The notes beneath the pieces were generated by a model that searched no databases, was not told where the DNA came from, and worked only from the letters and a program-made list of their open reading frames with translations. DNA of 64,000 nt from Vicinamibacteria bacterium (GTDB lineage Bacteria > Acidobacteriota > Vicinamibacteria > Fen-336), in contig CAUZDW010000015.1 in the NCBI GenBank assembly GCA_963578825.1, forward strand, positions 6,703-70,702. Reading direction: 5' to 3'. Positions 59,707 through 64,000 of this stretch are shown here, in pieces (within the stretch, counting starts at the first letter, position 1; every line of letters starts with the position of its first letter). The position numbers were made by a program, and so were the translations under genes.

Positions 59707-61020
59707 CTACCAGGCCACGAGGGAATCCTCGAACAGCTGGGTCAGCTCCTTCTCCGCCGCCGGCCGCGGCGCGAGCTTGGTAACCCGTTCCTGGGGCAGC
59801 GTACCCTGGACCAGGGCCGGAATGTCGGACCGGCTGTAGCCGACTCCCTCCAGTCCGTTGGGAACATTCAAGCGTTGCATGAGCCCGACGATCCGATCCG
59901 ACAGGATCTCTCCCGCGTCTTCCGGTCGCGCCCGTGACACGTCGGCCCCCAGGATCTCGGCGGCCAGGAGATGGCGGTCGGGACACGCCTCGGCGGTGAA
60001 CCGGAAGACCGACGGCGCGTTCAGGATCACGGACATGCCGTGGGGCACGATCGGATGGTCATCCGGGTAACCCTCCGGGCGAAACTCCCGGACCATCCCG
60101 GACACGGGATACGACATCCCGTGGGGAAGGTGTACGCCGGCGTTTCCGAAGCCGACGCCCGCGTAAGAGGCCGCCAGCAGCATGCGCTCCCGGGCCTCCT
60201 GGTCGTCGGGGTCCTCCACGGCGCGGACCAGATACCTCGACACCATCCGCAGCGCCTCCAGCGACCAGACGTCGCTGATCGGGTTCGAGCCTTGATACGC
60301 CGGTCGGAGCAGAGGTCGCTCCGGGTGCGGGCGGCGGTGGAACGGAAGCGCCGTGAACGACTCGATGGCGTGGCTCAGCACGTCGAAGCCGCTCGCGACC
60401 GCGACCTGCCGGGGCAGGGTGCGCGTGTTCTCCGGGTCGAGGATGCCCAGCATGGGCCTGAGACGCCGATGGGCGATTCCCGTCTTGGCGTGCAGCTTCG
60501 TGAAGTCGAAGATCGCCGCCCCGGTGGTCTCGCTCCCGGTTCCCGCCGTCGTCGGCACCGCGATCAACGGCTTGAGGGCGCCGGGGATCGGAAGGCCCTT
60601 GCCGATCGGGGGGTTCACGTAGTCCAGGAAGTCCGCGACGGGATAGGTGGAGTACAGGTCCGCCACCTTCGCGGTGTCGATGGTGGAGCCGCCGCCCACC
60701 GCCACGAATGCGTCGAAGTCCCCCTGCAGAGCGGCATCGATCGCTTCCTGGAAGGACGTGTCCGTCGGCTCGACCCGCACACGATCGAACAAGGAGAACT
60801 CGATCCCGTTGTCGCTCAAAGACTCGAGCACCGTAGCGACCGGCGAGAGCCTGGCTAGATTGCGGTCCGTGAGCACCATCGTTCGTCGGGCCTTCATCTC
60901 GGCCAGGTCGAGGCCGATCTCGCGGGTCACCCCGGACCCGAAACGAATGCTGGAGCTGGCCATCTCGAAGGCGGTCTCGCGGGGCATGGCCGGGAGTATA
61001 CGGGACTTGCCCGCGGGCAC
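59707..61020 (-). CDS. iron-containing alcohol dehydrogenase (hydroxyacid-oxoacid transhydrogenase-like)
   Basis: VAVGGGSTIDTAKV is GGGSxxD, followed by AVPTTAGTGSETT and the His-rich metal site (VHLPHGMSYPV...HGMS). The true start is probably MPRETAF at about 60987. Confidence 0.85.
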   Translation of the reverse strand: MPAGKSRILPAMPRETAFEMASSSIRFGSGVTREIGLDLAEMKARRTMVLTDRNLARLSPVATVLESLSDNGIEFSLFDRVRVEPTDTSFQEAIDAALQGDFDAFVAVGGGSTIDTAKVADLYSTYPVADFLDYVNPPIGKGLPIPGALKPLIAVPTTAGTGSETTGAAIFDFTKLHAKTGIAHRRLRPMLGILDPENTRTLPRQVAVASGFDVLSHAIESFTALPFHRRPHPERPLLRPAYQGSNPISDVWSLEALRMVSRYLVRAVEDPDDQEARERMLLAASYAGVGFGNAGVHLPHGMSYPVSGMVREFRPEGYPDDHPIVPHGMSVILNAPSVFRFTAEACPDRHLLAAEILGADVSRARPEDAGEILSDRIVGLMQRLNVPNGLEGVGYSRSDIPALVQGTLPQERVTKLAPRPAAEKELTQLFEDSLVAW

Positions 61021-61157
61021 TCTGTCGCCCGGGCGGCGATGCGATATAGGATGCCCGGACGCAGATCGTTCCGAGGATATGCCCGACGGCGGAGGGGAGC
61101 ATGGCGGTCTATCGGCGAAAAGGTGGACGTCGCCGCCGCCGGAGAGACGCGGTCGCC

Positions 61158-62009
61158 GTGAGAGAGAGCTCGGGTCGATCCGAGAGGGCGCGGCAGCGCG
61201 AGCGGCAGCCGGTCCGGAGCGACACGACGATCCACGAGTGGCCCGAGGCCGGCCTCGTGCTGTTTCACGGACCGGCCGATCCCGAGGCGTCTGTCCGGGT
61301 CGAGTCCGGTCGGATCGTGGAGCTCGACGGCCGGAGCGAGGACGACTTCGATTCCCTCGATCGCTTCATTGCGCGCCACGCGATCGATCCGGAGGTGGCC
61401 GAGGAGGCCATGGCTCTCCCGCCGCTCGAGCTGGCACGACGACTCTTCGACCCGCACACCGACGCCTCCTCCGTGCGGCGGCTTTTCGGGGGACTGACGC
61501 CCGCCCGGCTCGTCGACGTGGTCTCGGAGCTCGACGTCCTCGAGATGATGCTGTCCGCGAGGAAGATGCGGCTCCGCAACCGGGTCGCCAACCAGGCCCA
61601 TGTCACCAACCTCCGCGACCACCCCGCCCTCCTCGCCGCGGACGCGGCTGAAGCCGCCCTCCGTGGCTTCGCCGAGGTCGAGACGACGGTCGGGGTGGCC
61701 GGTCTCACGCCGCTCAACGCGGTAGCGGTCCTGATCGGCTCGCAGGTGGGTCGCCCCGGGGTGCTGACCCAGGCGGCTGTCGAGGAGGGCGTCAACCTCC
61801 GACTGGCGATGAAGGGCCTGGTGAGCTACGCGGAGACGCTCTCCGTCTACGGCAACGAGGACCGCCGATCTGCTGACTGCCAATCAGCAGCGGCCTGGAA
61901 AGCTCCCTCCCTAGAGGAGCTTGCCGGGTGTGGTCACCGAATGGTCACCAGGAACTGGCTTCCGAAGCCCGGTTACGCGACTGGCACGCTTCCGCCCGTC
62001 GAGGGATGA
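61158..62009 (+). pseudogene. N-terminal about 45% of a coenzyme-B12-dependent diol/glycerol dehydratase large subunit (PduC/DhaB1-like); the rest of the gene is missing
   Basis: VELDGRSEDDFDSLDRFIARHAIDPEVAEEAMAL...RLVDVVSELDVLEMMLSARKMRLRNRVANQAHVTNLRDHPALLAADAAEAALRGFAEVETTVGVAGLTPLNAVAVLIGSQVGRPGVLTQAAVEEGVNLRLAMKGLVSYAETLSVYGNE is collinear with PduC residues about 45-260. Similarity stops at about 61860 and the frame terminates at 62009. No medium or small subunit genes follow. Confidence 0.7.
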
Positions 62010-62860
62010 TGGATCGCATGCCTGAGCCGATCGTCGAGCTCCTCAGAGAGGCCCAGAGAATCCTCGTTTTCACGGGAGCCGGAATCTCCACTGGAAGTGG
62101 CATCCGCGACTTCCGGGGGCCGAAGGGCGTCTGGAAGACGCGGCAGCCGGTGTACTACGAGGCGTTCCTGAGCTCCGAGGCGGCGCGGGTCGAGTACTGG
62201 GACCAGAAGCTCGAGGCGTGGCCGTCGTTTCGAGACGCCGAGCCCAACGCGGCCCACCGGGCCGTGGCGGCTCTCGAGGAGAAAGGCAAGCTCCTCTCGC
62301 TCGTCACGCAGAACATCGACGGGCTCCACGCCGCGGCCAGCATCTCTCCCGAAAAGCTGGTGGAGATCCACGGCACGAACCGCCAGGTCCAGTGCGTGTC
62401 CTGCGGCGAGCGCACCGATCCCGAGGCGCACATGGAGAGCTTCGCCGAAACGCGAACGCCGCCGCTGTGTCCGTGCGGTGGATACCTGAAGCCAGCGACG
62501 ATCAGCTTCGGCCAGAGCCTGCGGCCTGACGACCTTCAACGGGCGAGCGCGGCGGCCGGAGCCTGCGACCTCGTCGTCGCTCTCGGCTCCACTCTGTCTG
62601 TCCACCCGGCGGCATCTTTCCCACTGGCGGCAGCCGAGAGAGGGGTGCCGTACGTGATCATCAACCGCGGCGCGACCGACCACGACTCCCACCGCGCCGT
62701 GACGCTGCGCCTGGAAGGCGACGTGGTGGAGTTGTTCCCGCCGGCGGTGGAGGCGGCCCTGATCGTCCATTGCCCCCCCCACCCTAACGACAGCCCCATG
62801 AGGACCCCGCCGGGACGAAGGACAAGCCGGGGGACGACCGGGAAATCGGTGCGCCGCTAG
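62006..62860 (+). CDS. cobB: NAD-dependent protein deacylase, Sir2 family
   Basis: VFTGAGISTGSGIRDFRG and LVTQNIDGLH, plus a Zn ribbon CVSCGER...CPCGG. The ATG overlaps the stop of the dehydratase fragment. Confidence 0.85.
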   Translation: MMDRMPEPIVELLREAQRILVFTGAGISTGSGIRDFRGPKGVWKTRQPVYYEAFLSSEAARVEYWDQKLEAWPSFRDAEPNAAHRAVAALEEKGKLLSLVTQNIDGLHAAASISPEKLVEIHGTNRQVQCVSCGERTDPEAHMESFAETRTPPLCPCGGYLKPATISFGQSLRPDDLQRASAAAGACDLVVALGSTLSVHPAASFPLAAAERGVPYVIINRGATDHDSHRAVTLRLEGDVVELFPPAVEAALIVHCPPHPNDSPMRTPPGRRTSRGTTGKSVRR

Positions 62861-63936
62861 TCGCCGGCGGATTGTTCCGAGGCGCGGTCCACAGGATAGC
62901 TGCCGAGGAACTTCAGCTCGATCGTCCGCTTCTTCATCTCGTCGAGCACCGCGACCACCTTCTTGGCCTCGGAGGAGCCTTCGAAGTCGAGAAAGAAGGT
63001 GTAGTTGCCGGGATCGTTGCGCCGCGGCGTGGACGCGATCCGTGTCAGGTTGATCTTCGACTCGGCGAACAGACGCAGCACGTCGAAGAGACTGCCGGCC
63101 TTGTGGGTCGTGGCGAAGATGATCGAGCACTTCTCTTTTGCCGTGTCTCGTGGCTCTTTCGCGAGGAGCAGGAACCGCGTCGAGCTGGCCGGTCCGTCGT
63201 CGATGCCCTCCTTGAGGATCGTCAGATCGTAGAGCTGCGCCGCCAGTGGCGAGGCGATCGCCGCGGCTCCCCGGGGATTCTCCCGGGCCAGCATCTTGGC
63301 GGCTCCCGCGGTGTCGTAAAAGGGACGGGCCTCCAGCTTGTGACGCTCGATGAAGCCCGCACACTGGGCCAACACCTCGGGATGCGAATAGACGATGCGA
63401 AGCTCCCGGTAGTCGGTTTCTTCCACGGCCATCAGGCAGTGACTCACCGAGACGTTGACCTCGCCCACGACGCGGGCGCTCGTCTTCGTGAGCAGGTCGT
63501 TGACCTGGGTCACCGAGCCCTCGAGGGAGTGCTCCACCGGCACCACGCCCAGGTCGAAGTACCCCTCCTCGACGCCGAGGAATACGTCGGCGTACTCCAT
63601 GCAGGGGGCGTGTGCCGCCTCGGGGGCCAGGCGACGGGCGGCCAGCTCGTCGTAGGCTCCGTGCTCCCCCTGGAAGGCGATGAGCTCGCGGGCCTCGCCC
63701 TGGAGCCGCTTGCTCTCTTCGATGATGGTCCGGAGGAGCTGCTGTCCAAACGACGGCTCGACGAGGTCGAGATTGAGTCGACCGGCGCGTTCGATCACAG
63801 CCTTCTCGCGCTCGGTGTCCAGGACCTCGTCCTTGAACCTGCGGACGCGGAGCGCGAGCCCCATCCTCTCGTGGAGCAGGACGAGCAGCTGGCGGTCGAT
63901 CTTGTCGACCTTGCGTCTGATGTCATGAAGCGTCAT
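62857..63936 (-). CDS. pheA: bifunctional chorismate mutase / prephenate dehydratase
   Basis: An N-terminal chorismate mutase helix (LHDIRRKVDKIDRQLLVLLHERMGLA), a PDT domain (IAFQGEHGAYDE...) and a C-terminal ACT domain with ESRP-like FATTHKAGSLFDVL. Confidence 0.9.
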   Translation of the reverse strand: MTLHDIRRKVDKIDRQLLVLLHERMGLALRVRRFKDEVLDTEREKAVIERAGRLNLDLVEPSFGQQLLRTIIEESKRLQGEARELIAFQGEHGAYDELAARRLAPEAAHAPCMEYADVFLGVEEGYFDLGVVPVEHSLEGSVTQVNDLLTKTSARVVGEVNVSVSHCLMAVEETDYRELRIVYSHPEVLAQCAGFIERHKLEARPFYDTAGAAKMLARENPRGAAAIASPLAAQLYDLTILKEGIDDGPASSTRFLLLAKEPRDTAKEKCSIIFATTHKAGSLFDVLRLFAESKINLTRIASTPRRNDPGNYTFFLDFEGSSEAKKVVAVLDEMKKRTIELKFLGSYPVDRASEQSAGD

Positions 63937-64000
63937 CCCGCCACCTCGGCTTCGCTCTTCTGCTCGGCCATGAAGGCCTGCAGACTCCGGAGCTCGCCCA
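63933..64000 (-). CDS. 3' end of an upstream gene (the last roughly 22 codons lie inside the window), unknown function
   Basis: The frame ...GELRSLQAFMAEQKSEAEVAG ends at a TGA that overlaps the pheA ATG (ATGA). The rest is outside the window. Confidence 0.3.
   Translation of the reverse strand, partial: GELRSLQAFMAEQKSEAEVAG

Overview
The window is a 64 kb stretch of a roughly 70% GC Gram-negative bacterial chromosome. Candidate lineages are Acidobacteriota, Gemmatimonadota or Myxococcota; this is an inference from gene content. Because GC is high, most long ORFs on the 'wrong' strand or frame are Arg/Gly/Pro/Ala-rich artefacts. Real genes were called from residue composition, conserved motifs and start/stop coupling.

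Genes supported by the sequence, in order:
- A pfkB-family sugar kinase 3' end, a Spy/CpxP-like periplasmic protein, a YfhO-family membrane protein and purH.
- A secreted hypothetical and a frameshifted conserved hypothetical.
- selA, which converges on a non-canonical complex I cluster on the minus strand. That cluster runs nuoA, fused nuoE–nuoF, nuoH, nuoJ, nuoK, nuoL, nuoM and a 5' stump of nuoN fused to the 3' end of an amidohydrolase. It has no nuoB, nuoC, nuoD, nuoG or nuoI.
- pyk and an RlpA-like lipoprotein.
- A radical SAM/SPASM remnant, an HprK-related kinase and a GNAT acetyltransferase.
- A class A penicillin-binding protein, tRNA-Val(CAC) and a YhhQ-like queuosine-precursor transporter.
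- A NUDIX hydrolase, a DsbA-like oxidoreductase, an SGNH hydrolase and an HExxH protein.
- A CadC-like winged-helix regulator with a TolB-like propeller (frameshifted), an M19 dipeptidase and a quinone oxidoreductase.
- An HTTM (gamma-carboxylase-like) domain protein next to a DCC thiol-disulfide oxidoreductase.
- A DUF349/HEAT protein, a CHAT protease-like protein and a GT87-like membrane protein in an operon.
- A rhodanese–TehB-like methyltransferase fusion.
- DUF190 followed by crcB, a UbiD-family decarboxylase and a PEP-utilising-domain protein.
- A VKOR–DsbA fusion, a pseudokinase-like protein, cstA, a Kef-type antiporter and a PlsC acyltransferase.
- A likely oxidative glycoside-cleavage trio: a heme CxxCH beta-propeller protein, a xylose-isomerase-like TIM barrel and a DUF1080 lipoprotein.
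- An Fe-alcohol dehydrogenase, an N-terminal fragment of a B12-dependent diol dehydratase large subunit, a Sir2 deacylase and pheA.

Two caveats apply to the whole window. At least six otherwise well-conserved genes carry apparent single-base frameshifts. Several genes are large 5' or 3' fragments: nuoN, the rSAM/SPASM gene, the dehydratase and the kinase-like gene. Either this is a decaying or rearranged genome, or the assembly has indel errors and chimeric joins. I cannot tell which from sequence alone.
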